A stretch of DNA of 64,000 bases from a bacterium. GTDB lineage: Bacteria > Planctomycetota > UBA1135 > UBA2386. The stretch is from positions 140,113 through 204,112 of the forward strand of contig JANSXC010000004.1 in NCBI GenBank assembly GCA_024743115.1. The letters are read 5' to 3'. Positions 1 through 9,738 of this stretch are shown here, in pieces (the stretch's first letter is position 1; each line of letters begins with the position of its first letter). The notes under the pieces were generated by a model that was given only the letters and a program-made list of their open reading frames with translations, had not been told where the DNA came from and made no database searches. Both the position numbers and the translations under genes were made by a program.

Positions 1-253
1 TCGTCTTCAGGGATTCGCTCAGGGCGTCGCGCGCGGCGTCGAACCCCGCGACGTCGCCGCTGTCGAGCCGCATGGCGACGGCGGTTGCCCCCCGGCGTTC
101 GATCTCGGCGACCGTGGTCGCGGCCGCTGCCTCGTTGCTCACGTACGTGATGACGACGCCGACGCCCTGGTCGGCGAGGTGGAGTGCGGTGGAGCGGCCG
201 AGTCCGCGGCTGCCGCCCGTGATGAATGCAATGCGTTGTTCGGTCTTGGTCAT
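1..253 (-). CDS. Short-chain dehydrogenase/reductase (SDR), N-terminal part only; gene continues beyond the left edge
   Basis: Reverse-strand translation from the ATG (complement of 251-253) gives MTKTEQRIAFITGGSRGLGRSTALHLADQGVGVVITYVSNEAAAATTVAEIERRG..., which contains the SDR TGxxxGxG dinucleotide-binding motif. It is absent from the ORF track because there is no stop inside the window. Confidence 0.85.
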   Translation of the reverse strand, partial: MTKTEQRIAFITGGSRGLGRSTALHLADQGVGVVITYVSNEAAAATTVAEIERRGATAVAMRLDSGDVAGFDAARDALSESLKT

Positions 254-410
254 GTCTGATCCTCGTTGGGAAGGTCTCTTGTAGGGCTTGTCGCGCGCCG
301 CGGACGTGCCAGTGTCTCCGAACCGCTTGCCTGATCCTCTCAGGATGCGAGGTCGCAAGCTGCGCGTTGCCGGGGCTCGTGTCGCCCTACGCCTGCGCTA
401 CGCTGCGGGC

Positions 411-1355
411 ATGACAGCCGAGGAATCCGTTCGTCGCCGACCACACGGCGAACCCGCGAGTCGGTCCGATATAACGCGAATGACGTCTGCTGCCCGATCA
501 TGGCTGGATGGATCGACATCGGAGGCGATCGCCGGCGGCGGTGCGATGGTTGTCACCGATGCGGCAGCTGGGGCGACGATCGTCCATGCCGAGTCTCCGG
601 GCGCGGCGATGCCTACGATCTATCATCCTTCACTCTGCCTGATCCTCCAGGGCGCCAAGCGCACGACGACCGGTCGATCGAGTCGAACGTTGACCGGGGG
701 CGAGTTCGTGATCGTCAGTCATCACCTTCCCGTGGTGGCCCGGATCGTGACGGCCGAGAGGCGGCGCCCCTATATGGCGGTGGTCCTCGATCTCGATCTG
801 GCGATCATGCGGTCGTTTGCGCTGCGCTCCGCAGCGACAGGATCGCGGCGGAGTGCTGCGCTAGCCGCCGGGCGCGCTGGAAGATCGCTCTGTGACGCGG
901 TCTCCCGGCTGCTGGAGTTGCGGGAAGCAGACGACGCGGCGGTGCTCGGGCCGCTCGTGGTTCGCGAGCTGCACTATCTGGCGCTCCGGGCGCCGCAGGG
1001 CGCTGTGTTGCGGCAGCTGCTGCAGCGCGACTCGCACGCGAGTCGGGTCGGCCAGGCGACGGCCTACCTCGCCGAGCACTATCGCGGCCCGATCGTGGTC
1101 GCGGAACTCGCGAAGTCCGTCGGGATGAGCCCGGCTTCGTTCCATGCCCATTTCCGGGCTCTGACGAAGACTACGCCCCTGCAGTACCAAAAGGAGCTGC
1201 GGCTCATCGAGGCGCGCTCGCTGCTGCAGTTCTCCGACACGTCGGTTGCTGCGGCCGCCCGTGAAGTCGGCTACGAGAGCGCCAGTCAGTTCAGCCGCGA
1301 GTACTCGCGGCGGTTTGGCCATCCGCCGACGGCGGAACGACAGGACCGACGCTGA
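411..1355 (+). CDS. AraC family transcriptional regulator (AraC_N-like sensor domain plus C-terminal HTH pair)
   Basis: ORF 288-1355. The C-terminus has AELAKSVGMSPASFHAHFRALTKTTPLQYQKELRLIEARSLL and AREVGYESASQFSREYSRRFG. The N-domain has IYHPSLCLILQGAKR. I placed the start at the first ATG (411, MTAEES); TTG 288 and ATG 480 are alternatives. It is divergent from the SDR at 1-253. Confidence 0.85.
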   Translation: MTAEESVRRRPHGEPASRSDITRMTSAARSWLDGSTSEAIAGGGAMVVTDAAAGATIVHAESPGAAMPTIYHPSLCLILQGAKRTTTGRSSRTLTGGEFVIVSHHLPVVARIVTAERRRPYMAVVLDLDLAIMRSFALRSAATGSRRSAALAAGRAGRSLCDAVSRLLELREADDAAVLGPLVVRELHYLALRAPQGAVLRQLLQRDSHASRVGQATAYLAEHYRGPIVVAELAKSVGMSPASFHAHFRALTKTTPLQYQKELRLIEARSLLQFSDTSVAAAAREVGYESASQFSREYSRRFGHPPTAERQDRR

Positions 1356-1386
1356 TCCGGCTGGCTCCGGTCTCGCGGTTCGGTGC

Positions 1387-2196
1387 CTACCAGAGATCGA
1401 CGAAATGGTGGGTCGGCCCGTGGCCCCCGCCGACGTCGAGTTCGTCGGCGCCGGCGATTGCGCGCGCCACGAACGTCTTGGCCCGGCCGACTGCAGTCGC
1501 GAGGGGCCGATCGCAGGCGAGCTGCGCGGCGAGTGCGGCCGAGAGCGTGCAGCCAGTGCCGTGCGTGTTTGGCGTGTCCGTGCGGTCCGCTTCGAACCAT
1601 GTGAGCTGGCCACCACTCGCGAGGCAGTCGGGGCTGGTGTCGCCGGTCAGATGGCCGCCCTTCAGCAGCACGGCGCGGGGGCCGCGGTCACAGAGTTGCT
1701 GTGCGTGCGCCGCCATCTGGTCGCGGTTGAGCGCCTCGGTCGTTTCGAGCAGGCGTGCCGCCTCGGGCAGGTTGGGCGTCAGCACGGTTGCGAGCGGCAG
1801 GAGTTGCTCGCGGACCGCGGTGACAGCGTCGTCCGCGAGCAGCGGTGCGCCGCCCTTGGCGATCATCACGGGGTCGAGAACGATCGGCACGTCGGCAACG
1901 TTCGCGACGGCTTCTGTGAGGGCCATTGCGATCGCGGTTGCGATCTCGGCTGTGGCGATCATGCCGATCTTGACGGCGTCGACGCGCACGTCCGCGAACA
2001 CCGCGGTGATTTGATCCCTGACGAACTCCGGCGGAACGACATGGACCCCGCGGACCCCGCGCGTGTTTTGAGCCGTGAGCGCGGTCAGTGCGGCCATCGC
2101 GTACGCACCGTTGGCCGAGATCGCTTTGATGTCGGCCTGGATGCCTGCGCCACCAGAGGGATCCGAGCCGGCGATGGAGAGGACGTTGCGGATCAT
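1387..2196 (-). CDS. thiD: Hydroxymethylpyrimidine/phosphomethylpyrimidine kinase
   Basis: This is the inner part of ORF 1387-2508, starting MIRNVLSIAGSDPSGGAGIQADIKAISANG. It contains LDPVMIAKGG and HGTGCTLSAALAAQLA, typical ThiD motifs. The ATG is the complement of 2194-2196. 269 aa. Confidence 0.92.
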   Translation of the reverse strand: MIRNVLSIAGSDPSGGAGIQADIKAISANGAYAMAALTALTAQNTRGVRGVHVVPPEFVRDQITAVFADVRVDAVKIGMIATAEIATAIAMALTEAVANVADVPIVLDPVMIAKGGAPLLADDAVTAVREQLLPLATVLTPNLPEAARLLETTEALNRDQMAAHAQQLCDRGPRAVLLKGGHLTGDTSPDCLASGGQLTWFEADRTDTPNTHGTGCTLSAALAAQLACDRPLATAVGRAKTFVARAIAGADELDVGGGHGPTHHFVDLW

Positions 2197-2231
2197 CGTT
2201 CGTATCGCAAGGTGATGATAGTCTGCCGGCC

Positions 2232-3284
2232 GTGAGCAGTCCCGTGCACAACGACGTGAGCCAGCCGTTGGGTGGCCGGGTTGCGCTGGTTGCCGGCGCG
2301 ACGCGCGGAGCTGGGCGCGGCATCGCGTGTGCACTCGGTGCGGCCGGTGCGACCGTCTACTGTACCGGGCGCAGCAGCCAGAGCGCTCCGGGCGGTGATC
2401 CGCAGCGGCCCGAGACGATCGAAGAGACCGCCGAACTCGTGACCGCGGCGGGTGGCAACGGGATCGCGGTGCGCGTCGACCATACCGAAGAAGCCGCCGT
2501 GGCGGCACTGTTCGAGCGGGTCGATTCGGAGCACGGTCGCCTCGACGTGCTCGTGAACGACATCTGGGGCGGCGATGCGTTGACCGAGTGGGGCAAGGCG
2601 TTCTGGGAAGTGGACGTGCGGCAGGGGTTCGAACTCATGCAGCGTGCGATCCACACGCATGTGATCACGAGCCGGCATGGTGTGCCCGTCATGCTGGCGG
2701 CGATCGCGGCGAACCGGCAGGACGGCGGTCTGGTCGTCGAGGTCACCGATGGCGCGTTCCAGGGTTATCGCGGGCAGTTGTTCTACGACCTCTGCAAGGC
2801 GTCGGTGATCCGGCTCGCCTACGCCATGGCCGTGGAGCTGGCGCAGCATCCGATCACGGCGCTTGCCGTGACGCCCGGATTCCTGCGCTCCGAAGCCGTC
2901 CTGGATCACTTCGGCGTGACGGCCGCGAATTGGCGGGATGCGATCGCAAAGGATCCGCATTTCGCCGCGTCGGAGACTCCGCTGTTGATCGGGCGCGTGA
3001 TCGCGGCGCTCGCGGCGGACCCGGCGGTCTCCAGGTTCGCCGGTCGGGTGCTGGCGGGTTGGGATCTCGCTCGCGAATACGATGTAAAGGACGTCGATGG
3101 TCGGCAGCCGCACTGGGACGAACATCTCGATGGTGCGATCGCCGAGGTCCTCCAGCGCGATGCGCCGACTCAGGACGAGCTGTTCGTGCTGCGGATGCGC
3201 CGATCGCAACTGGACTTCGACGTCGAACGCGCGGCGCAGCGGGCGGCGATCGTGGAGTTCCTCGCGCGGCATTCCGCTCGGTGA
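2232..3284 (+). CDS. SDR family oxidoreductase (atypical, 350 aa)
   Basis: ORF 2232-3284 with a GTG start. It has a glycine-rich NAD(P) motif ([19 protein letters not shown]) and then ...VLVNDIWGG.... It is divergent from thiD with only 35 bp between the two starts. Confidence 0.8.
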   Translation: MSSPVHNDVSQPLGGRVALVAGATRGAGRGIACALGAAGATVYCTGRSSQSAPGGDPQRPETIEETAELVTAAGGNGIAVRVDHTEEAAVAALFERVDSEHGRLDVLVNDIWGGDALTEWGKAFWEVDVRQGFELMQRAIHTHVITSRHGVPVMLAAIAANRQDGGLVVEVTDGAFQGYRGQLFYDLCKASVIRLAYAMAVELAQHPITALAVTPGFLRSEAVLDHFGVTAANWRDAIAKDPHFAASETPLLIGRVIAALAADPAVSRFAGRVLAGWDLAREYDVKDVDGRQPHWDEHLDGAIAEVLQRDAPTQDELFVLRMRRSQLDFDVERAAQRAAIVEFLARHSAR

Positions 3285-3438
3285 ACGTCGCGATCGTGCG
3301 GCAAGAACATGCTTCTCGCCGACGAATCCGCTACTGTCCCGCGCCCGACGGGCCACGCTATTCCAGGGCGGCCTTCCGCCGCAGACGCGACCCGCTGCAG
3401 AGCAAGATGAATCGCACGCCTCACCTTCGCACGGACTC

Positions 3439-4737
3439 ATGATCAAGACCTTCGCAGCTTTCGAGCTGCTACGGCCGCTGTTGCGAGCGATTCAGGATCA
3501 GGGTTACGACACCCCGACCCCGATCCAGGCACAGGCGATTCCTCACCTGCTCGATGGGCGGGATCTCCTCGGCATTGCACAGACCGGTACGGGTAAGACG
3601 GCGGCGTTCGCGCTGCCGATCCTCGACTTCCTCGCGGGCGACCCCCAGCCGCGGATGGCGCGTCGCCCGACCGTGCTCGTGCTGACGCCGACGCGCGAGC
3701 TCGCGGCTCAGATCGGGGAGAGTTTCGCGGGCTACGGGCGGCACCTGGACGTGCGTCACACCGTGATCTTCGGCGGGGTCGGTCAGGCGCCGCAGGTCAA
3801 GGCCGTGCGCCGCGGCGTGGATGTCCTCGTTGCGACACCGGGTCGACTCATCGATCTGATGGAGCAGGGCCACCTCGACCTGTGTGATATCGAGGTCTTC
3901 GTGTTGGACGAAGCGGACCGCATGCTGGACATGGGTTTCGTTCACTCCGTGCGCAAGATCATCGCGAAGCTGCCGCGCGAGCGTCAGACGCTGCTGTTCT
4001 CGGCGACGATGCCCGACGAGATCACGCGGCTCGCGGCGACGATCCTGCGCGATCCCGTGCGCGTCGAGGTCACGCCGCCGGCGACGACCGTCGAGCGGAT
4101 CGAGCAGTCGGTGCGGTTCGTCGAGAAGAAGGGCAAGCCCGGGATGCTCGTGGAGATCCTCGACGACAGCTCGCTCGAGCGCGTGCTCGTCTTCACGCGG
4201 ACCAAACACGGCGCCGACCGAGTCGTGAAGCACCTGAAGAAGAACGACGAGAGCGCGGCGGCGATCCATGGCAACAAGTCGCAGGGGGCCCGCAATCGCG
4301 CGCTGGACGGTTTCCGTTCCGGTGACGTTCGGGTGCTCGTTGCGACGGACCTCGCGGCCCGCGGCATCGACGTGCCCGAGATCACGCACGTGATCAACTT
4401 CGACCTGCCGAACGTGCCCGAGACCTACGTGCATCGCATCGGTCGCACGGCTCGTGCCGGGCGTGACGGCATCGCAATCTCGTTCTGTGCATCGGACGAG
4501 CGGGAGTACCTCGCGGATATCGAGAAGACGACGAGGACGTCGATCCCCGTCGTGGGCGAGCGCCCGCCCGAGCCGCCGCAGCCGGTTGCGCCGCCGAAGT
4601 CGCGGGCGCCCGGCCGGTCGGGTGGTCAGCGGCAGCGTTCCGGGCGTGGCCGTGGGGCAGGCCGAGGCCGTGGGCGTGGCCGCGGCGCGCGCGGCGATTC
4701 GCGTCGGTCGACGCATGCCCGCGCCGACTCGGCCTAG
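3439..4737 (+). CDS. rhlE: DEAD-box ATP-dependent RNA helicase (RhlE-like) with an Arg/Gly-rich C-terminal tail
   Basis: In frame with ORF 3097-4737. Start is ATG 3439 ([11 protein letters not shown]). Motifs present: Q motif [49 protein letters not shown]. The tail reads [28 protein letters not shown]. Confidence 0.95.
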   Translation: MIKTFAAFELLRPLLRAIQDQGYDTPTPIQAQAIPHLLDGRDLLGIAQTGTGKTAAFALPILDFLAGDPQPRMARRPTVLVLTPTRELAAQIGESFAGYGRHLDVRHTVIFGGVGQAPQVKAVRRGVDVLVATPGRLIDLMEQGHLDLCDIEVFVLDEADRMLDMGFVHSVRKIIAKLPRERQTLLFSATMPDEITRLAATILRDPVRVEVTPPATTVERIEQSVRFVEKKGKPGMLVEILDDSSLERVLVFTRTKHGADRVVKHLKKNDESAAAIHGNKSQGARNRALDGFRSGDVRVLVATDLAARGIDVPEITHVINFDLPNVPETYVHRIGRTARAGRDGIAISFCASDEREYLADIEKTTRTSIPVVGERPPEPPQPVAPPKSRAPGRSGGQRQRSGRGRGAGRGRGRGRGARGDSRRSTHARADSA

Positions 4738-4752
4738 CCGCTGCGGTCACGT

Positions 4753-4833
4753 CCAGGGTTCGGCTCAGGGGTCGGGCGTGGTGAGGCCGGGGCACGAGGA
4801 TAGGCTCTCGCCATCTTTCGCCCCGAACCCTGG
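4753..4833 (+). other. Long-range perfect 11-bp inverted repeat (CCAGGGTTCGG ... CCGAACCCTGG) bracketing 59 nt in the rhlE / flavoprotein intergenic region
   Basis: The left arm is 4753-4763 and the right arm is 4823-4833. The right arm ends 8 nt before ATG 4842. This could be a terminator for rhlE or a 5'-UTR structure for the downstream gene. Confidence 0.3.
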
Positions 4834-4841
4834 CCAAGCAC

Positions 4842-5600
4842 ATGACCGACCAGCTCGACAAGATCACCGAGGGACTCTGCCAGAGCCCGCCCGCGAAATA
4901 CGACGACCTCAGCGTGCTGATGCTCAACTGCACGCTGACGCGTTCCCCGAAGCTCTCGCACACCGAGGGGCTATTGAAGGTCGCCGACCGCATCTTCCAG
5001 GCCAATGGCGTGCGCACGGAGATCCTGCGGCCGGTGGACTTCGAGATTCCTGCGGGACTCGAGCACGACTACGCGGGCGTGGACGGCTACGAGCGCGACG
5101 ACTGGCCGCAGATCCAGGCCAAGATCGATGCCTGTGACATCCTGATCATCGGCACCTCGGTCTGGCTCGGCGAGAAGAGCTCGGTGTGCAATCGGGTGCT
5201 GGAGCGGATGTACGGCTACACCCATGACTTCAACAGCAAGGGGCAGTACCGCGACTACGGCAAGGTTGGCGCGACGCTGATCACGGGCAACGAGGACGGC
5301 GTGAAGCACTGCGCGATGAACATCCTCTTCTCGCTGTCACACATCGGCTACACGGTGCCGCCGCAGGCGGACGCCGGCTGGATGGGTGAGGCCGGGCCCG
5401 GACCGTCCTACATGGATCCTGGTTCGGGCGGCCCCGACAACGACTTCACCAACCGCAACACCACGTTCCTCGTGTGGAACTGCCTGCACCTCGCGCGCAT
5501 GTTGAAGGATGCCGGCGGCATCCCGGCGCACGGTAACCAGCCCGAGGCGTGGAGCGCCGGCTGCAAGACCGATTTCCACAGCCCGGAACACAAGCGCTGA
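4842..5600 (+). CDS. Flavodoxin-like fold NAD(P)H-dependent FMN reductase family protein
   Basis: ORF 4842-5600, 252 aa. It contains LSVLMLNCTLTRSPKLSHTEGL and ACDILIIGTSVWLGEKSSVCNRVLERM, the pattern of NADPH-dependent FMN reductase / flavodoxin-like proteins. Confidence 0.75.
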   Translation: MTDQLDKITEGLCQSPPAKYDDLSVLMLNCTLTRSPKLSHTEGLLKVADRIFQANGVRTEILRPVDFEIPAGLEHDYAGVDGYERDDWPQIQAKIDACDILIIGTSVWLGEKSSVCNRVLERMYGYTHDFNSKGQYRDYGKVGATLITGNEDGVKHCAMNILFSLSHIGYTVPPQADAGWMGEAGPGPSYMDPGSGGPDNDFTNRNTTFLVWNCLHLARMLKDAGGIPAHGNQPEAWSAGCKTDFHSPEHKR

Positions 5601-5619
5601 TCCGACGGGCGCGGCGCGC

Positions 5620-8394
5620 TCAGCGGCCGAAGTCGACTCGCGCCGTCTTGCCGGCCTGAATCTCGATCGTGCGCGGTTGGATGTCGTCGGCGATCCCCAT
5701 GCCGCTGAGCGTCACCCGCCAGGTGCCCGGCAACAGGCCGTCGATCGTCGCGCGGCTGCGCTTGAGCAGACCCTCGCGTTCGCGTGGCGGGTTCGGGCCC
5801 TGCGGGCCGGCCCATTCGAGTTCGACGCTGAGTGCGCCGCGCACGCCGACGGCGGAGACTCGGACACGGCCCGCGGGCTGCAGCACGACCTCGATGTTCT
5901 CGCGCGTCGAGCCAGCCGTGAGCGGCGCGACCGGGGCCGAACCCTGCACGTGCAGGCGGGCCTTGGCCGAGACCAGCAGTGGCGTGTCTGGCCGCACCCC
6001 GCGCAATTCGAACGTGCCGTCCGCCGCAGTGCGAACGCTGGCCGGGCCGCCGGTCTTGCCGCCGAAGAGTGCGCCGAGCATCTCCTGGGCATCGCCGAGT
6101 TGGTCCGTGAGGTCGCTCAGCCGGCCTTCGTTCGCCATCACGCCGATGGTCGCACGCGGGACGGGATTGCCGCTCGAGTCGACGACGCGACCGCGCAGCG
6201 TCGTCGAGACCAGTGCGATCTCTGCGCGGTTGTCACCCTCGATAACCTCGAACTCCTGCGCCGACGGCATCGCGAGCAGCTTGTGTTGCACGACGAGTCG
6301 GTAGGGGCCCGCCGCGACGCGGTTGAGTTCGAAGTAGCCGTCGACGTCGCTCTCGTCCTGCGCGCCGAGTTCGACGAGGCCGCCGAGCATCGAGCCGATG
6401 AACTGCGCCGCGGCCTCTTCTTCGTTGTCGCCGGGGGTGAACAGCTGGACCTTTGCCTGGTCGAGCGGCTGCCCGTCCAGCGTGACATGGCCCGTTACCT
6501 TGCCGTAGAGCGGGAACGCGAGTTGCAGATCGGTCGTCGCGCCGTCCGCGACCTGGACCTTCTCGCCCGCGTTCGGGTCCATGATTCCGGTGAGCGCGAC
6601 CTTGATGGGGCCGCTGCTGTCGGCGTCGACATCGATCAGCTTGAACGTGTGCTCGCCGACCGCGAGGCCTTCGAACGTGATTCGGCCGTGCTCGTCCGAG
6701 CGTTCGTCGTCGCTGTCCTCGGGTATCGGGCCGGCGCGCTTCACGATTGCGTTCGGTGCCGGTTTGCCGTGGCCATCGACCGTCGTCACCCGCACGGTGC
6801 CGCCGCGAAACAGCCGGACCTCGATCGGGGTCTCGCCGATGCCGGTGGTCTCGAACTGCTCGGAGGCCGCCGGCGCCCAGCCGTCTAACTCGACCCGCAC
6901 CCGTGCAGGGCCCCGGAACTCGGCCGTCAGGCGGCACTGTCCGGACTCGTCGGTCGTGCCCGTCATGCGATTGGCGTTCAGGTCCTCGACGAGGGCGGTG
7001 GTTGGATCGTCGACCGATCGATCCTCCGGAGTGCTCATGCTCGTCGACAGTGAGATCGAGCGGTTGCCACCCTGATTCGAGTCTTCGTCGGCCTCGTCCT
7101 CGACCTCGTGCAGCGCGACGGTCGCGCCGTCGATCGGTGAACCGGTGCGACCGTCGAGAACCGTGGCGATGACGATCGGCGCGCGGGCGAGCTGGGCCGT
7201 GCCGAGGTCGGCGTGACCCGAACGCGGCACCTCCAGATCGTGGCGGATCCAGGGTTCACGGCCTGCGGCCCGGATCTCGATGGCGAGCACCGGGCGTTCG
7301 TCCTCGGGGATCTCGAGTCCGTCGATCTTCAGGACACCGCCGGGGAACTCATGCTGCGGCAGCGGGCGGGTGATCGGCATCGGGATCGCCATGCCGAGCA
7401 TCTTCATCTCCTTGACGAAGCCGGCACGGACGTCCAGGTGTTCGATCGGCGTGGCGTTTTCCGCGGTCGTGACCTGCAGTCGCACACGCAGCGGTTCGCG
7501 CCAGTGCAGTTCGATGCCCTGTGTGCCCGCGGCGAACTCGACGGCGAGCGTGCTCTTGACCGGCAGCGAGACGGAGTCGTCGGCGTTGGCCGCCCAGACC
7601 GAGTAGTGCTCCCGCGGGTCGAGGCCCCGCAGCTCGAATGCTCCGGCCTCGTCGACGTCGGTTCGCAGCCCGACGCCGGGCGCGATGGCATCGACCATTG
7701 AGCCGAGATCGATCAGTGATGTGGCGGCCGCGTTGGCAATGCCGCGTTGGCTCTTCTTCGCGAGGACCACGACCGAGGTGACCGAGTCCGGCTTGCCGAG
7801 GACGCGGCCCGAGATCGTTGCGCCGTCTCGGAGCTCGATCACGATGCCTTCGATGTCGGCGGTCGCCTCGCCGCGGTAGTTGCTGCTCGGGTGTTCGGCG
7901 TGACTGGCGATGAGTCGAAACTTGCCGGGCTCTTCGAGCTCGACGTCGAAGTAGCCCTCGGCGTCGGTCGGTTCCCCGGCGCGGTCGATGGCCATGAGGT
8001 CGTCGATTCCGCCGACGGCGAACGGCAGGGCCTCGATCTGGCGATCGGCGACCGCGACCCGGGCGTTGGCGAGGCCGTTGCCGCGGGCGTCGACGACGCG
8101 GCCGCGGGCCCGCAGTTCCCGGCCGGTCTTCGGCTTCGAGTCGGGCGTTTCACCCTGTGCTGCAGGCAGGGCTTCGGTGGGTGGCGGCGCCACTTCGGTG
8201 CGGTCGAGCCCCGCATCGTCAGCCGTTGCGGTGCTCGCGGGCTCGCCGCGCTCGGGCCCGTCGGCGGGGTGGGCTGTCGCGTCACTCAGCGGGTAGTCGA
8301 TCCCCGTGCGGTCGTCGCGGTTGCCGTACCAGAACAGGGCTGCGGCGCCGGCGAGCACGAGCACGACGACGAGGAGGAGGGCGTTCGACTTCAT
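5620..8394 (-). CDS. Large membrane-anchored surface protein with repeated carboxypeptidase-regulatory-like (CarboxypepD_reg/Ig-like) domains
   Basis: ORF 5620-8394, 924 aa. It has an N-terminal anchor (MKSNALLLVVVLVLAGAAALFWYG) and a Pro/Glu-rich linker. The domain-start signature recurs many times: GRVVDARGNGLANARVAV, ISGRVLGKP, VTGHVTLDGQPLDQAKVQLF, LRGRVVDSSGNPVPRATIGV. Confidence 0.7.
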   Translation of the reverse strand: MKSNALLLVVVLVLAGAAALFWYGNRDDRTGIDYPLSDATAHPADGPERGEPASTATADDAGLDRTEVAPPPTEALPAAQGETPDSKPKTGRELRARGRVVDARGNGLANARVAVADRQIEALPFAVGGIDDLMAIDRAGEPTDAEGYFDVELEEPGKFRLIASHAEHPSSNYRGEATADIEGIVIELRDGATISGRVLGKPDSVTSVVVLAKKSQRGIANAAATSLIDLGSMVDAIAPGVGLRTDVDEAGAFELRGLDPREHYSVWAANADDSVSLPVKSTLAVEFAAGTQGIELHWREPLRVRLQVTTAENATPIEHLDVRAGFVKEMKMLGMAIPMPITRPLPQHEFPGGVLKIDGLEIPEDERPVLAIEIRAAGREPWIRHDLEVPRSGHADLGTAQLARAPIVIATVLDGRTGSPIDGATVALHEVEDEADEDSNQGGNRSISLSTSMSTPEDRSVDDPTTALVEDLNANRMTGTTDESGQCRLTAEFRGPARVRVELDGWAPAASEQFETTGIGETPIEVRLFRGGTVRVTTVDGHGKPAPNAIVKRAGPIPEDSDDERSDEHGRITFEGLAVGEHTFKLIDVDADSSGPIKVALTGIMDPNAGEKVQVADGATTDLQLAFPLYGKVTGHVTLDGQPLDQAKVQLFTPGDNEEEAAAQFIGSMLGGLVELGAQDESDVDGYFELNRVAAGPYRLVVQHKLLAMPSAQEFEVIEGDNRAEIALVSTTLRGRVVDSSGNPVPRATIGVMANEGRLSDLTDQLGDAQEMLGALFGGKTGGPASVRTAADGTFELRGVRPDTPLLVSAKARLHVQGSAPVAPLTAGSTRENIEVVLQPAGRVRVSAVGVRGALSVELEWAGPQGPNPPREREGLLKRSRATIDGLLPGTWRVTLSGMGIADDIQPRTIEIQAGKTARVDFGR

Positions 8395-8494
8395 GGCGTT
8401 CCCCGGGTGGCCGATCGGGGCGACGGTTTGTCGATCGGATTCTTCGGATGGGCCCGGTGCGGCGCTGTGTGCGCCGACGGTTGGTGCGGTAGCC

Positions 8495-9262
8495 CTACCG
8501 GACCTTCAGCGTGACGAGCACGGGCCGGTGATCCGAGGCCAGCGGTTCGTCGAGTACGTCGACGTCGACGATCTCGAAGCGTCCCGCGGGTCGAAAGAGC
8601 ACGTAATCGATCTCCTGCTCGGGTTCCGTCGCCGAGAACGTGAACCGATCCTCGCCCTTGGCCACGTTCGTCCAGTGCTGCGTGATCTCGGCCATCACGA
8701 CCGAGTCAGGGTCGGAGTTGAAGTCGCCGGCGAGCACCATCGGCAGGTTCGAGTCGCGGTAGAGCCCGGTGAGGCACCTGGCCTGCGCGAGTCGCTGGTC
8801 CTCGGTGGCGTAGAGGTGCACGTTGCACACCAGCAGTTCTTTGCCGTTTGGCAGCGTCACGAGCGCATCGAGCGCGGTTCGTGGTTCGAGGCCGTCCGGC
8901 AGCGCGCGATTGTGCGACGCTGTGATCGGGTGGCGCGACAGCAGCCCCATGCCGTAGGCGCCGCCCTGGTAGTTCATGAACGCACCGAAGCGCGAGTGGA
9001 GCCCCGTGAGCTGACCCAGCTCCTGCATTTGATCCACCTGACCCGAGCGCAGTACGCCGTCGTCGATCTCCTGCAGGAACACGACATCGGCGTTCGTCCG
9101 GCGGATCACCGCGGCGGCGCGCTCGAGGTTGACCTTGCCGTCATTGCCACGCCCGTGCTTGATGTTGTAGCTGAGCACGCGCAGCAGTGTGCCGTTGACG
9201 GTTGGGTGGGCGGCGCATGCCGCCATGAACAGAGTGAACCCCAGCACGGCGATGGATCTCAT
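8495..9262 (-). CDS. Endonuclease/exonuclease/phosphatase (EEP) family protein, secreted
   Basis: Inner start of ORF 8495-9367 at MRSIAVLGFTLFMAACAAHP (signal peptide). It then has LRVLSYNIKHGRG, VVFLQEID, LAGDFNS and ASDHRPVLVTL, which are typical EEP catalytic motifs. Confidence 0.85.
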   Translation of the reverse strand: MRSIAVLGFTLFMAACAAHPTVNGTLLRVLSYNIKHGRGNDGKVNLERAAAVIRRTNADVVFLQEIDDGVLRSGQVDQMQELGQLTGLHSRFGAFMNYQGGAYGMGLLSRHPITASHNRALPDGLEPRTALDALVTLPNGKELLVCNVHLYATEDQRLAQARCLTGLYRDSNLPMVLAGDFNSDPDSVVMAEITQHWTNVAKGEDRFTFSATEPEQEIDYVLFRPAGRFEIVDVDVLDEPLASDHRPVLVTLKVR

Positions 9263-9273
9263 GGCCGCGAACT

Positions 9274-9738
9274 CTATCTCGCCAACGCGAATCCGGCCGT
9301 CGCGATCGTCATCATCGCAGTGCGGATCACGTTCCAGCGGTGCCACCGGCGCAGATAGTTGTTCCACTCGTCGGCGGCGCCTGGTGATTCGGGGTCGATG
9401 CGAGCCAGAGCTTCGTTGAGCGGGACGTTGCCCCGGCCGGTGACCGCGATCGCCCCGAGGCCGTAGAGCACGGCGGCTACGATCGCGAGGGTCTGGCGAT
9501 GGGCGGTGTCAGGGACGGCGATCGCGGCGGCAACACCGACGACGGCGGTGCCGAACCACACCAGCATCGCTGTCGAGCGCAGGATGGTCGCATTGATCGA
9601 TTGCATCGCGCGAATTGCCGACGGCGCCCCGAGGCGATCGAGCGCCCGCATGATGAACGTGGCGAACGCGAAGCAGAGCCCGGCGGTGAGGCCGGCACCG
9701 ACCGTGGCCGCGAGCAGGAGGAGGTCGGTCGCGGTCAT
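9274..9738 (-). CDS. DUF1772 (anthrone-oxygenase-like) integral membrane protein
   Basis: Inner start MTATDLLLLAATVGAGLTAGLCFAF in ORF 9274-9792. It has four hydrophobic helices and the ...NVPLNEAL...W..WN..RT... pattern I associate with DUF1772. It shares a 4-nt ATGA overlap with the upstream gene. Confidence 0.7.
   Translation of the reverse strand: MTATDLLLLAATVGAGLTAGLCFAFATFIMRALDRLGAPSAIRAMQSINATILRSTAMLVWFGTAVVGVAAAIAVPDTAHRQTLAIVAAVLYGLGAIAVTGRGNVPLNEALARIDPESPGAADEWNNYLRRWHRWNVIRTAMMTIATAGFALAR

Noticed and set aside
2197-2231. Possible TPP riboswitch upstream of thiD.
   Set aside because: Only 35 bp separate the divergent thiD and SDR start codons, which is far too short for a THI element.
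4560-4737. GC-rich nucleotide periodicity (CGTGGC/CGAGGC repeats) that looks like a DNA repeat.
   Set aside because: It is the coding sequence for the Arg-Gly-rich C-terminal tail of the DEAD-box helicase, which is a common feature of RhlE-type proteins.
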